The notes under the pieces: model-generated
What the model saw: the letters and a program-made list of their open reading frames with translations, nothing else
The model's database searches: none
Told to the model about the DNA's origin: nothing
Shown: in pieces, positions 1 through 35,110 of the stretch
Position numbering within the stretch: position 1 is the first letter of the stretch
Layout: each line of letters opens with the position of its first letter
DNA from: the human T2T-CHM13v2.0 reference genome, Homo sapiens
NCBI RefSeq assembly: GCF_009914755.1
Contig: NC_060947.1
Strand: one strand, 5' to 3'
DNA: 64,000 bases
Translations under genes and position numbers: made by a program

Positions 1-799
1 GTTACACCCTTAATCCAGTCTCAGCAAATCCTGTCAGCTGTCTCAAAAATGTTTCTCGAATTCAGTGCTCATTTCCCCCACCGTCGTTCATCTCTCACTT
101 GGATTACTGCAAAATCCTTCAAACTCTTCCCCCTTCTTCTGGCCCTGCCCCTCTACAGTTTCTTCTCAACACAGCAGTCAATGACCCTGTTAAAACCTAA
201 GCCTGATCATGTCACTGTATTTAGTGGCTCCTTTTTATTTTTCATTTTTTTGAGACTAAGTCTTGCTCTGTCACCCAGGCTGGAGCGCAGTGGCATGATC
301 TCAGGTCACTGCAACCTCCACCTCCTGAGTTCAAGTGATTCCTGTGCCTCAGCCTCTCAAATGGCTGGGACTACAGGCACATGCCACCACACCCGGCTAA
401 TTTTTGTGTTTTTAATAGAGATGGGGGTGTATGTTGGCCATGTTGGTCTTGAACTCCTGAGCTCAAGGGATCTGCCCCCTTCTGCCTCCCAAAGTGCTGG
501 GATTGCAGGCATGAGCCACTGTGCCTGGCCTATTTAGTGGTTCTTAATGGCTCATTTCACTCCAGTAAATATCTAAGTGCCCCAGCCTGGGCGACATAGG
601 GAGACCCTGTCGCTACGAAACGTTAAAAAATTAGCCGGATGTCGGGGCACACACCTGTGGTCTCAGCTATTCAGGAGGCTGAGGTGGGAGGATTGCTTGA
701 GCCCGGAAGGTCAAGGCTGCAGTAAGATGAGATCACACCACTGTACTCCAGCCTGAGTAACAGAGCAAGACTCTATCTCCAAAAAAAATATAAAAAGAA

Positions 800-1965
800 G
801 AAAAAAATTAAAGATTCAAGTTCTCACAACAGGCATACGCTTCCACATCAGCCCCTTCCACCTCACCTCTGTGACCTTATCTCCCACTGCTCTCACCATC
901 AGTTCACTGGGCTTTGGCCATACTGGGCAGTTCTCAGCTCAGGGCCTTTGCACTTGCTCTTCTCGCTACCTGGAAGCTCTTCCCCTAGATGTCCCCACGC
1001 CTTCATGGCTTCCTTCATCAGTCTCCTTAGGTCTTTTTTCCAATGTCACCTCAGTGAGGCTTTCCCTAACCACTCTCTATCTAAAATTGCAGCTCGGCCG
1101 GGCGCGATGGCTCACGCCTGTAATCCCAGCACTTTGGGAGGCTGAGGCGGGCAGATCATGAGGTCAGGAGTTCGAGACCAGCCTGGCCAACATGGTGAAA
1201 CCCCATCTCTACTGAAAATACAAAAAATTAGCTGGGCATGATAGTGTGTGCCTGTAATCCCAGCTACTCAGGAGGCTTAGACAGGAGAATTGCTTGAACC
1301 GGGACTCGGGAGGTGGAGGTTACAGTGAGCTGAGATCATGCCACTCCACTCCAGCCTGGGAGACAGAGGGACACTCTGTCTCAAAAATAAAATAAAGTAA
1401 AATAAAATAAAATAAAGTAAAATTGCAAACCCCAGGTCGGGCGCAGTGGCTCACACCTATAATCCCAGCATTTTGGGAGGTCAAGGCCCAGCATTCTGGG
1501 CTTGAGCCCAGAAGTTTGAGACCATCCTGGGCAACATGGTGAGACCTCCGCCTCTACAAGAAAAATGCAAAGATTAGCTGGGTGTGGTGGCACATGCCTG
1601 TAGTCCCAGCTACTCAGGAAGCTGAGGTGGGAGGCTCACCTGAGCCTGGGGAGTTCGAGGCTACAGTCAGCAGTGATTGAGCCACTGCACTCCAGCCTGG
1701 GTGACAGAGTGAGACTCTCTCTAAAAAAAATTTGCAACCCCTGGCCCCCACTCAGCACTCCCTACCCCTACTACTGCTTTATTTTTCTCCATATTACTTA
1801 CCTGAGATAACATATATTTTATTTATTGTTTGACTCCCTGCCTAGAATGTAAGCTCCATGAGGTCATGGATTGTGTATTTTGTTCACTGCTGTATTCCCT
1901 GAGCCTGGAACAGTGCCTGACACATAGTAGATGCGCAGTAAATATTTGGTGAATGAATGAACAAA
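800..1965 (+). mobile_element. L2 3' fragments interrupted by Alus
   Basis: ctcagggcctttgcacttgct...tcacctcagtgaggctttccct...tagaatgtaagctccatgagg...cctgacacatagtagatgcgcagtaaatatttggtgaatgaatgaa (typical L2 3' end). Confidence 0.75.
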
Positions 1966-2559
1966 CGCTAATACATCAAAGAGACAACATCAAAGAACAG
2001 ACTCCACAGGGCAGTTTACATCTTCATTGTTTGGCCCGACCCTTCTTGTTTGAGGGTGGATTTTCAAAATTACTGCTGAAGGCAATTGGGAGCCTTGAAA
2101 GCTTTTAAAGGGTAAGAGTAAGTGGCAATTATATATTTGTTGTTGTTGATGTTGTTGTTTTTGGAGGCAGGGTCTTGCTCTATCACCCCGGCTGGAGTGC
2201 AGTGGTATATTCTCAGCTCCCTGCAACCCCCACTTCCCCGGCTCAAGCCATCCTCCAACCTCAGGCCCCTAAGTAGCTGGGACTACAGGTGCGTGCTGCC
2301 AACCCAATTTTTTGTATTTTGGTAGAGACGGGGTCTCACCACATTGTCCAGGCTGATCTCGAACTCCTGACTTCAAGCGATCTCACCTCGGCCTCCCAAA
2401 GTGCTGGGATTACAGGCATAAGCCACCGTGCCTGGCCAATTATGTAAGTATTTTAAAAAGATCCTTTGGCCAGCTGGAGAGTAGATGGGGATGGGGACAA
2501 TAGTGGAAACAAGAAGGCTCGTGGGGGCGGTTGTTAAAATTATGCTTTTTTTTTTTTGA

Positions 2560-2703
<144 letters not shown>

Positions 2704-2838
2704 TAATTTTTGTATTTTTAGTAGAGACGGGGTTTCGCCATGTTGGCCAGGCTGGTCTCCAACTCCTGACCTCAGGTGATCTGCCCGCCTCAGCCTCCCA
2801 AAGTGCTGGGATTACAGGCATGAGCCACCACGCCTGGT

Positions 2839-3150
2839 CAGCAAACTTTTTCTGATAGTAAATATTTTAGGCTTTGCAGATGACATACAGTGTCTGTTGC
2901 GACTACTCAACTCTGCTGTTGCAGGATGAAAGCTGCAGGACAATATGTAAATGAACGGTGTGGCTGGGTTCCAAGAAAACTTTAGTTACAGATACTAAAA
3001 TTTAAATTCAATAGAATTGTCATGTGTCCCAAAATATTCTTTTGATTTTTTTCAACCATTCAAAAATACAGAAACCATTCTTAGCTCTCAGGCTGTACAA
3101 AAACACGCAGTGGCCAGGTTTGGTCCATAGGCTGTAATTTGCTGAGCCTA
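2839..3150 (+). mobile_element. MER58B-like hAT-Charlie DNA transposon
   Basis: cagcaaactttttctg...gtaaatattttaggctttgc...actactcaactctgc...ccataggctgtaatttgctga. Confidence 0.72.
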
Positions 3151-3637
3151 GGCCTAGATAATTATGTCAAGACTCTCCTCTCCCTCCTCAAACCTGCAAC
3201 CCTTCTTCCTCCATTCTCACACTCAGTTGAGGACCTGGCTTCCTAGTCACTGAGAAAATTTAAGCAATCACAAGAGAACTCCCACAGCCCATCCACACAT
3301 GCTATCTGCCAACACCTCCACGTGACTATTCCCCCATCCCTCTGTTACTGTGAATGAAACGTTTGAACTATGTCCGGCCTGTCTGCTCGCTTGTGCCCTA
3401 GATCCAAACCTCTCTCGCCCATTCAACAACCCTGCTCTGACTAGTCTTCCCTTTCTGTCCTTGCTGTTCACTGCATTATTCCCATCAACATACAAATAAA
3501 TATGCTGTCATCTTAAAAAAGCTGCTTTTTACTCCAACTCCCTTGCCAGCTACTTCTTCTTCTCCTTCCCTTTACAACAAAACCCTGGTAAAGATTTGTC
3601 TTCATTCACTGTTTCCAACTTCTCTCCCATTCTTTAA

Positions 3638-4155
<518 letters not shown>

Positions 4156-4737
4156 TAGTGGAGATGGGGTTTTGCCATGTTGGCCCAGCTGGTCTTGAAC
4201 TCTTGACCTCAGGTGATCCACCCGCCTCAGCCTCCCAAAGTGCTAGGATTACAGATGTGAGCCACCGTGCCTGGCCTAGCAGTCACTCTTTCATTCCCAC
4301 TCTTCTCTCAGCCCTAGGAAACCACTAATCTATTTTCCGTCTCTGTGGATTTGCCTATTCTGGATATTTTATATAAATGGAGACACAATATGTAGCCTTT
4401 TGTGTCTGCTTTCTTTCACTTAGCATAATGTTTTCAAGGTTCATCCATGTTGTAGCATGAATCAGTATTTCATTTTTTTTAGAAGTGGGGTCTCACTATA
4501 TTGCCCAGGCTGGTCTTGAACTCCTGAGCTCAAGCAATCATCCCACCTTGGCCTCCCAAAGTGCTAGAATTACAGGTGTGAGGCACTGTGCCAGGCCAAC
4601 ATTTTTTATTTTTTTTAATAGAGACAGGGTCTCACTATGTTGCCCAGGCTAGTCTCGAACTCCTAAGTTCAAGTGATGCTCCCACCTCAGCCTCCCAAAT
4701 GCTAGGATTACCTGGAAGAGCTCTCATGCCCGGCTCA

Positions 4738-5389
4738 TTTTTCTTTCTCTTTCTCTTTCTTTTTTTTTCTTTCTTTCTTTCCTTTCTCCTTTTTTTCTTT
4801 CTTTCCTTCCTTCTTTCCTTCTTTCCTTTCCTTCCTTCTTTCCTTCCTTCCTCCCTCCCTCCCTTCTCTCTCCCTCCTTTCCTTCCTTTTTTCCTTCCTT
4901 CCTTCTTTCATTCCTCCCTCCCTCCCTCTCTCCTTCCCTCTTTCCTTCCTCCTTCCCTCCCTCTCACTCTTTTCCTTGCTTCCTTTTCTTTCTCTTTTTC
5001 TTTTTCTTTCTCTCTCTTTCTCTTTCCCTCCCTCCCTCCTTCTCTTTCCCTCCCTCCCTCCTTCTTTCTTTTTTCTTTCTCCTTCCTTCTTTCCTTATTT
5101 CCTTTTCCTTCCTTCCTTCTTCTCTTTCCCTTCCTTTCTCCCTCCCTCCCTTTTCTTTCTCTTTTCTTTCCTTCCTTTCTCTTTCTCCTTCCTTCCTCCT
5201 CCTTTTTCTCTTTCTCCCTTTCTCTCCTTCCTTCCTTCTTTCCTTTTTTCCTTCCTTCCTTTCTTCCCTCCCTCCCTCCCTCCCTTTTCTTTCTTTCCCT
5301 TCCTCCCTCCCTCCCTTTCTTTCCTCTTTTCTTTCTTTTTCCTTCCTTCCTTCCTTTCCATTTTTTTCCTCCTTCCTTTCTTTCTTCTT
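4738..5389. repeat. About 650-bp polypyrimidine low-complexity tract ((CCTT)n/(CT)n), an expanded Alu tail
   Basis: Almost only C and T; directly abuts a minus-strand Alu starting at ~5390. Confidence 0.95.
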
Positions 5390-5496
5390 GACAGAGTCTT
5401 GCTCTCTTGCCCAGGCTGGAGTGCACTGGTGTGATCTTGGCTCACTGCAACCTCTGCCTCCTGGGTTCAAGCAATTCTCCTGACACAGCCTCCTGA

Positions 5497-5878
<382 letters not shown>

Positions 5879-6563
5879 TAGTGGCCAACCTTGCTGGCCA
5901 CTCCTCCTCCTTGAAACACTTTTCTCTTGGATTAAGTAACACCGGAGTCTTCTGGTATTTCTCCTACTCTGGCTATTCTTTCTGTCTTTGTAGATACATT
6001 TCCTTACCTCTGTGTAATGTTAAGAGTTCTTTAAGGCTGGGCCCTAGGTCTGCTTCTGTTCCTACTTCACTCTCTCCCCATAAAGTGACAGAATCCATGG
6101 TCATGACTTCAATGGACCCCTAAAAATGGATGAATTCCAAATCCATACATCCATTTCCCACCTGCCATTCACCCCTCACTATAACATGGTTTCTATCTCT
6201 TTTAGGTCATCAGTTTCATTAGTTCACTAATGAAATCACGACTGCCAAATCCAATGAACACTTCCATTTCTTGTCTTCCTTAATCTCTCTGTGGCATGGG
6301 ACAATGTCAGCCAATCTCCTTCTTGAAATTTTCCCTTCCCTTAATCCTCTCGCCCATCTGACAGTCATTCACTTTCAATCATTTTTGGTGGCTCTTGTAC
6401 CTCCCTCTTGGGCTACTTGTTTCTAAAAGCTGAGGAAACAAAGTTATTTAGAAAGTAAAGGCAAAGTGATGCCATGTTAGGAAGGGCTGGCAGAATGAAT
6501 GAAAATCAGGCAAAAGCTCAAGGATGTTGTCTAAACATTTTGTTCTTAAGGGACCAGAATAGT

Positions 6564-8258
<1,695 letters not shown>

Positions 8259-8434
8259 GAGTGAACCATGAACTGATTTTTCCCTGGTAGACAAAACAAA
8301 GGCATGCCAGTGAAAGCAGAAACTAATATCATTCATGCACTTTTGAAATTCTCCAGAGGTTAATTCAGTATCAAAAATTTAATTTCTCAAATATAACAGC
8401 TATTTAGTGAAGTTAGTAAACACACTTAGCTTCA

Positions 8435-10930
<2,496 letters not shown>

Positions 10931-12115
10931 TTTCAGAGATATCATCTCACTGTGTCACCCAGGCTGAAGTGCAAGTGGCACAATTGCAGCTCACTGCAGC
11001 CTCGACATTCCAGACTCAAGCGATCCTCCCACCTCAGCTCCCTAGTAGCTGGGATTGCAGGCAGGTGCAACCACACTGGGCTAAGTTTTTAAATTTTTAG
11101 TAGAGAGGGGGTCTCCCTATGTTATCCAGGCGGGTCTTGAACTCCTGAAGTTAAGTGATCCTCCCGCCTTGGCCTCCGAAATGCTAGGAGACGGGGTTTC
11201 GCCATGTAGGCCCAGCTCGTCTCCAACTGCTGACCTCAAGTTATCTGCCTGCCTCAGCCTCCCAAAGTGCTGGGCTTATAGGGATGAGCCACCGTGCCTG
11301 GCCTATAGTTATTAAGGACATGAAATTATGCTTTATGAGGAAGTGGTCCTCACCCCCACTGCCTACAACACAAGAAAGGAGAGGAAGGGAGCAAACTAGA
11401 AGAAGAAAGGTGGTATTGGGGGAAAGGATATCAATTAAAGATGGATTTTAAAAATTGCTTCGCAGGAGGGAGGGCCCTCCTGTGGTTTCACTGGTTGATC
11501 TGGCTGAGGGATTTTCTCCAGCGACACTTGCAGCTTAGGGGCAAGAGGCTCCCACAACACCCTGTGCTACCTCGACCCTTCTGACATTGTGCATCATGAT
11601 CTGATTATTGCTATTTGCCTCTTGCCAATATTGAACCATGAGTTCAACACAGACAAGGACTTATTTTAATCCTTGACCCCAGGGCCGGGCACACAGTCAG
11701 TGATTGGTACATGTTTGCTAAATGAATGAGCAAATGGAAGAAATTGAAGAGGGTGGGGTGGGGACGTGTGGTTTATCCAGAGCTGGACAGGCAAGGCAAG
11801 TAGAACAGAAGAGGGAGGTGCTGACGTGAAAACGGCCTTGAGATGGCTGGCAACAGGCTAGACAAAGAGGCAAGGGATGTCAGCTCATGCCTGGTGGTTC
11901 AGGAGAATGGCTTCTCTTAAGGCCAACTCCTCTAACCTCTATCTTGGCTTCCATTTTCACCTGCCTTTGCAGGAAGCCTACAGTATTAGTAGTCTCTTTC
12001 TCTTGGGTATTCATTCTTTTAGAGCTTTCCTTTTGGCTTCTAAACTTACTTTCTCATATTTAAAATAATGCTTCATTAACACCATTAACCTATGTATCTC
12101 AATTTCTTTCACAGC

Positions 12116-12478
12116 TGTGTTAGTCTGTTTTCACAGTGGTAGACAGAAATACCCGAGACTGGGTAGTATATAAAGAGAAGAGATTTAATTGACTCACAGT
12201 TTCGAATGGCTCGGGAGGCCTCAGGAAATTTAAAATTATGGCAGAAGGTGAAGCAGGCATGCCTTACATGACAGCAGGCGAGAGGTGAATTGCGAGTATA
12301 GGAAAAACTGCCACTTTTAAGACCATCAGATCTGGTGTGACTCACTCATTATCAGGAGAACAGCATGAGGGAAACCAGCCTCCTAATCCAATCACCTCCC
12401 ACCAACTTCCTCCCTTGACACATAAGGATTACAATTCAAGATAAGATTTGGGTGGGGACACAGAGCCCAACCATATCA
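12116..12478 (-). mobile_element. MSTA/THE1D-like MaLR solo LTR (copy 1)
   Basis: TG...CA ends with the 5-bp TSD acagc on both sides. Confidence 0.82.
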
Positions 12479-12487
12479 ACAGCCATA

Positions 12488-15518
<3,031 letters not shown>

Positions 15519-16341
15519 TACTTCCCTAAAAAGTTGTATATATCTTTTCCATTCTCAACCCAATCTGGCTTCCCTGCCCCATAATTCTAGGGCATCAGTG
15601 ATTTGCAAGTCACTGAATGCCATGGCTTTTGTCAGGCATCATAATTGACCATTCAGCGGCATCCAACCCTGCTGGCCACTCCTCTTCCTTGAAACACTTT
15701 TCTCTTAGATTAAGTAACCCAGAGTCTTCTGGTTTTTCTCCTACTCTCTGGCTAGTCCTTCTCTGTTTTTGTAGATACATTTCTTTACCTCTATGTAATG
15801 TTAGTTTTTCGAGGTTGGGCCCTAGGTCTGCTTCTGTTCTTACTTCACTCTCCCTCTTAAGTAACAGAATCAATGGCCATGACTTCAATGACCACCTAAA
15901 AAGAGATGAATTCCAAACATACATCCATTTCCCACCTGCCATTCACCCCTCACTGTAACATGGTTTCTGTCTCTTTTAGGTCATCAGTTTCATTAGTTCA
16001 CTAATGAAATCACGACTGCCAAATCCAGTGAACACTTCCATTTCTTGTCTTCCTTAGCCTCTCTGTGGCACGGGACATTGTCAGCCAATCTCCTTCTAGA
16101 AATTTTCCCTTCCTTTAGTACTCTTGCCCAGTTGACAATCATTTACTTTCAGTCATTATTGGTGGCTCTTGTACCTGCCTCTTTGGCTATTTGTTTCTAA
16201 AAGCTGGGAAAACATAAAGTGGTGATTAAGAAAGTAAAGGCGAACTGATGCCACGTCAGGAAGGGCTGGCAGAATGAATGAAAATCAGGCAAAAGCTCAA
16301 GGATGTTGTCTAACATTTTGTTCTTATGGGACAAGAATAGT

Positions 16342-17124
<783 letters not shown>

Positions 17125-17234
17125 TAATATCATTCATCTGCTTTCCAAACTCCAAAGAGGTTAATTCAGTATCAAAAAATTAATTTCTCAAAATTCACAG
17201 CTGTTTGCTAAAGTTACTCACTACACTTAACTTC

Positions 17235-18655
<1,421 letters not shown>

Positions 18656-18881
18656 TTAGAGACATGGTCTCATTTTGTCACTCAGGCTGAAGTGCAAATG
18701 GCAAGATTGCAGCTCACAACAGCCTTGACATTCCAGACTCCAGCCATCCTCCCACCTCAGCTTCCTAGTAGCTGGAATTGCAGGCACGCTCTACCACACT
18801 GGGCTAAGTTTTAAAATTTTTAATAGAGATGGGGTCTCCCTATGTTATCCGGGCTGGCTTTGAACTCCTGAAGTTAAATGA

Positions 18882-19028
<147 letters not shown>

Positions 19029-19994
19029 TGAGTAGCTGGGACTACAGGTGCACACCACCAAGCCCGGCTAATTTTTGTATTTTTAGTAGAGACGGGGTTT
19101 CACCACGTAGGCCAGGTTCATCTCCAACTGCTGACCTCAAGTGATCCACCTGCCTCGGCCTCCCAAAGTGCTGGGATTACAGGCATGAGCCACCATGCCT
19201 GGCCTATAGTTATTAAGGACATGAAATTATGCTTTATGAGGAAGTGGTCCTCACCCCCCTTGCCTGCAACACAAGAAAGGAGAGCAAGGGAGCAAAGTAG
19301 AAGAAAGGTGGCACTGGGGAAAGGATATCAATTCAAGACTGATGGTAAAAATTGCTTAGCAGGAGTGAAGGCTCTCCTGTGGTTTCACCAATTGATCTGC
19401 TTGAGGGATTTTCTCCAGCGACACTTGCAGCTTAGGGGCAAGAGGCTCCCACAACACCCTGTGCTACCGCGACCCTTCTGACATTGTGCATCATGATCTG
19501 ATTATTGCTATTTGCCTCTTGCCAACACTGAAACATGAGTTCCACGTGCACAAGGACTTATTTGAATCCCTGACCCCAGGGCCTGGCACACAGTCAGTGA
19601 TTGGTACATGTTTGCTAAATGAATGAGCAAATGGAAGAAATTGAAGAGGGTGGGGTGGGGATGGGTGATTTATCCAGAGCTGGACAGGCCAGGCAAGTAG
19701 AACAGAAGAGGGAGGTGCTGACATGAAAACAGGCTAGACAAAGAGGCAAGGATGTCAACTCATGCCTGGGGGTTCAGGAGTGTTGCTTCTCCTAAGGCCA
19801 ACTCCTCTAACCTCTACCTTGGCTTCCATTTTCACCTGCCTTTGCAGGAAGCCTACAGTATTCGTTGTCTCTTTCTCTTGAGTATTCATCCTTGTAGAGC
19901 TTACCTTTTGGCTTCTAAACTTACTTACTTTCTCATATTTAAAATAAAGCTTCATTAACACCATTAACCTATGTATCTCCATTTCTTTCACAGC

Positions 19995-20691
19995 TATATT
20001 AATTGGTTTTCACACTAGTAGAAAAAATACCCAAGGCTGGGTAATATATAAAGAGAAGAGGTTTAATTATTTTATTTTATTTTTATTTATTTATAAAATA
20101 AATAAAATATGTGACGTAGTCTCGCTCTTGTCGCCCAGGCTGGAGTGCAATGGTGCGATCTCGGCTGACCACACTTCTGCCCTTCAGGTTTAGGCGCTTC
20201 TCCTGCCTCAGCCTCCTGAGTAGCTAGAATTACAGGCGGGCATAAGCACACCCAGCTAATTTTTGTATTTTTAGTAGAGATGGGTTTCGCCATGTTTGCC
20301 TGGCTGGTCTGGAACTCCTGACCTCAGGTGATCCACCGGCCTTGGTATCCCAAAGCTGGGATTACAGGGGTGAGCCACCAAGCCCAGCCGAAGAGGTTTA
20401 ATTGACTCACAGTTCCACATGGCTGGGGGAGCCTCAGGAAACTTACAATCATGGCAGAAGGGGAAGTGGACACATGCTACATGGCAGCAGACTAGAGGTG
20501 AAGTGCGAGCATAGGAAAAACTGCCTTGTTTAAAACCATCAGATCTTGTGAGGCTTACTCACTATCACAAGATCAGCATGTGTGAGACTGCCCCAATAAT
20601 CCAATCACCTCCTACCAAGCTCCTCCCTTGACACATGAGGATTACAGTTTAAGATGAGATTTGGGTGCGGGAACAGAGCTCAATCATATCA
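19995..20691 (-). mobile_element. MSTA/THE1D-like MaLR LTR (copy 2) with an Alu insertion
   Basis: Paralog of the LTR at 12116; the Alu is flanked by the TSD aagaggtttaatt. Confidence 0.8.
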
Positions 20692-20700
20692 ACAGTCATA

Positions 20701-23186
<2,486 letters not shown>

Positions 23187-23700
23187 TGAATCCCTAACCT
23201 CAGGTGAAGTGCCCGCCTTGGCCTCCCAAAGTGCTGGGACTACAGGCATGTGCCACCTCAATCCCCTGCCTTTTTGTTGTGGGGAGGATGGAGTCTCCCT
23301 CTGTCGCTCAGGCAGGAGTGCAGTGGTGAGATCTAGGCTCACTACAACCTCTGCCTCCCGAGTTGAAGTGATTCTCCTGTCTGAGCCTCCTGAGAAGTTT
23401 GGACTACAGGTGTGCTCCACCAAGCCCGGCCAAATTTTTTTTTTGTATTTTTTGGTAGAGATGGGGTTTTACCATGTTGGCCAGGCTGGTCTCAAACTCC
23501 TGACCTCAGGTGATCCACCTACCTCAGCCTCCCAAAGTGCTGGGATTACAGGCATGTGCCACCAAGCCCGGCCTTTTTTTGGGTGTGGTGGTGAGGGGGG
23601 CAGATGGAGTCTAACTCTGTTGCTCAGGCAGGAGTGCAGGATTGAGATCTCTGCTCACTGGAACCTCTGCCACTCAAGTTCAAGTGATTCTCCTGCCTGA

Positions 23701-23901
<201 letters not shown>

Positions 23902-24100
23902 TAAAAATCCATATAAAGCTGGACACGGTGGCTCATGCGTATAATCCCAGCACTTTTCGAGGCTACAGTGGACAGATTGTTTGAGCCCAGGCATCTGGCA
24001 AACAGATGCCATGTTAGGAAGGGCTGGCAGGATGAATGAAAATCAGGCAAAAGCTCAAGGATGTTGTCTAAACATTTTGTTCTTATGGGACCAGAACAGT

Positions 24101-24493
24101 TGATGTAGTTTTGAAATTTGTCCCCACCCAAATCTCATGGAAATATAATCCCCAGTGTTGTAGGTGGGGCCTGGTGGGGTATTGGGGTTATGGGGCGGAT
24201 CCCTCATGGCTTGGTGCTGTCCTCTCCATAGTGAGTTCTTACAGATCAGGTTGTTGTAAAGTGTGGCACCTCCTTCCCACACTCACTCTCTTGCTCACTC
24301 TGTGATGTGACATGCCTGCTCCTGCTTCACTTTCCGCCATGAGTAAAAGGTCCCTGAGGCCTCCCAGAAGCTGAGCAATGTCAGATGCCATGCTTGTACA
24401 GCCTGCAGAACTGTGAACCAGTTAAACCTCTTTTCTTATAAACTACCCAGTCTCAGGCATTTATTTATAGCAATGCAAGAACGGCCTAATACA
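24101..24493 (+). mobile_element. MST-family MaLR LTR (unit B), uninterrupted
   Basis: TG...CA ends; paralog of the LTR at 6564. Confidence 0.82.
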
Positions 24494-24758
24494 GGAGTGA
24501 ACCATGAACTGATCTTTCTCTGGTGGACAAAACAAAGGCAATGCCTGTGAAGGCAGAAACTAACATTATTCATCTGCTTTTGATACTTCCAAGAGGCTAA
24601 TACAGTATAAAAAATTTAATTTCTCAAAACTCACAGCTGGCTGGGCGTGGTGGCTCACGCCTGTAATCCCAGCACTTTGGGAGGCTGAGGCCGGTGGATC
24701 ACGAGGTCAGGAGTTCAAGACCAGCCTGGCCAAGATGGTGAGACCCCCATCTCTACTA

Positions 24759-24973
<215 letters not shown>

Positions 24974-24989
24974 TCACCACACTTAGCTT

Positions 24990-26390
<1,401 letters not shown>

Positions 26391-26600
26391 TTTGGAGACA
26401 GGGTCTCACTGTGTCAGCCAGGCTGCAGTGCAAGTGGCATGATCCAGCTTCGACATTCCAGACTGAAGGAATCCTACCACCTCAGCTCCCTAGTAGCTGG
26501 GATCGCAGGCCCGTGCTACCACATTGGGTTTTTAAATTTTAGCAGAGACGGGGTTGCCCTATGTTGCCCAGGCTGTTCTAGAACTCCTGAAGTTAAATGA

Positions 26601-27017
<417 letters not shown>

Positions 27018-27845
27018 TGATCCTCTTGCCTTGGCTTCCCAAAGTGCTAGGATTACAAGCATGAGCTATGGTGCCTGGCCTATAGTTATTAAGGATGTGA
27101 AATTATGCTTTATGAGGAAGTGGTCCTCACCCCCACTGCCTACAACACAAGAAAGGAGAGGAAGGGAGCAAACTAGAAGAAGAAAGATGGTATTGGGGGA
27201 AAGGATATCAATTAAAGATGGATTTTAAAAATTGCTTCGCAGGAGGGAGGGCCCTCCTGTGGTTTCACTGGTTGATCTGGCTGAGGGATTTTCTCCAGCG
27301 ACACTTGCAGCTTAGGGGCAAGAGGCTCCCACAACACCCTGTGCTACCTCGACCCTTCTGACATTGTGCATCATGATCTGATTATTGCTATTTGCCTCTT
27401 GCCAATATTGAACCATGAGTTCAACACAGACAAGGACTTATTTTAATCCTTGACCCCAGGGCCGGGCACACAGTCAGTGATTGGTACATGTTTGCTAAAT
27501 GAATGAGCAAATGGAAGAAATTGAAGAGGGTGGGGTGGGGACGTGTGGTTTATCCAGAGCTGGACAGGCAAGGCAAGTAGAACAGAAGAGGGAGGTGCTG
27601 ACATGAAAACGGCCTTGAGATGGCTGGCAACAGGCTAGACAAAGAGGCAAGGGATGTCAACTCATGCCTGGTGGTTCAGGAGAATTGCTTCTCTTAAGGC
27701 CAACTCCTCTAACCTCTACCTTGGCTTCCATTTACACCTGCCTTTGCAAGAAGCCTACAGTATTTGTTGTCTCTTTCTCGTGGGTGTTCATCCTTCTAGA
27801 GCTTTCCTTTTGGCTTCTAAACATACTTTCTTATATTTAAAATAA

Positions 27846-28556
<711 letters not shown>

Positions 28557-28565
28557 ACAGCCATA

Positions 28566-32536
<3,971 letters not shown>

Positions 32537-33349
32537 TACTTCTCTAAAAAGTTGTATATATTGTTTCCTTCCTCAACCCAATCTGGCTTCCCTGTCCCAT
32601 AATTGTAGGTCATCAATGATTTGCAAGTCACTGAATGCCATGGCCTTTGTCAGGCATCATACTTGACCATTCAGCAGCATCCAACCCTGCTGGCCACTCC
32701 TCTTCCTTGAAACTTTTCTCTTGGATTAAGTAACCCAGAGTCTTCTGGTTTTTCTCCTATTCTCTGGCTAGTCCTTCTCTGTCTTTGTAGATACATTTCC
32801 TTACCTCTATGTAATGTTAGGGTTATTCAAGGCTGGGCCCTAGGTCTGCTTCTGTTCTTTTCTCTCTCCCTAAAGTGACAGAATCCATGGTCATGACTTC
32901 AATGGACCCCTAAAAATGGATGAATTCCAAATCCATACATCCATTTCCCACCTGCCATTCACCCCTCACTGTAACATGGTTTGTCTCTTTTAGGTCATCA
33001 GTTTCATTAGTTCACTAATGAAATCACGACTGCCAAATCCAATGAACACTTCCATTTCTTGTCTTCCTTAATCTGTGGCATGGGACAATGTCAGCCAATC
33101 TCCTTCTTGAAATTTTCCCTTCCTTTAATCCTGTCGCCCAGCTGACAATCATTCACTTTCAATCATTATTGGTGGCTCTTCTACATGCCTCTTGGGCTAC
33201 TTGTTTCTAAAAGCTGAGGAAACATAAAGTTATTTAGAAAGTAAAGGCAAAGTGATGCCATGTTAGGAAGGGCTGGCAGAATGAATGAAAATCAGGCAAA
33301 AGCTCAAGGATGTTGTCTAAACATTTTGTTCTTAAGGGACCAGAATAGT

Positions 33350-33742
33350 TGATGTGGTTTGGATATTTGTCCCCACCCAAATCTCATGGAAATATAATCC
33401 CCAGTGTTGTAGGTGGGGCCTGGTGGGGTGTTGGGGTTATGGGGCAGATCCTTCATGGCTTGGTGCTGTCCTCTCCATAGTGAGTTCTTACAGAGCTGGT
33501 TGCTGTAAAGTGTGGCACCTCCTCCCCGCACTCACTCTCTTGCTCACTCTGTGATGTGGGATGCCTGCTCCTGCTTCACCTTCCACCATGAGTAAAAGCT
33601 CCCTGAGGCCTCCTAGAAGCTGAGCGATGTCAGATGCTATGCTTGTACAGCCTGCAGAACTGTGACCCAATTAAACCTCTTTTCTTATAAACTAACAACT
33701 CTTAGGCATTTCTTTATAGCAATGCAAGAATGGCCTAACATA
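33350..33742 (+). mobile_element. MST-family MaLR LTR (unit A), uninterrupted
   Basis: Paralog of the LTR at 6564. Confidence 0.82.
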
Positions 33743-33890
33743 GTAGTGAACCATGAATTGATCTTTCCCTGGTGGAAAAAACCAAGGTAAGCTAGTGAAG
33801 GCAGAAAGTAATATCATTCCTCTCCTTTCAATACTTCCAAGAGATGAATTCAGTACTGTGTCTCAAAAAAAAAAAAAAAGAAATAAAAAA

Positions 33891-35110
<1,220 letters not shown>

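Noticed and set aside
4588-5470. Long ORFs of 116-267 aa on both strands
   Set aside because: Translation of the C/T low-complexity tract, which lacks stop codons by composition.
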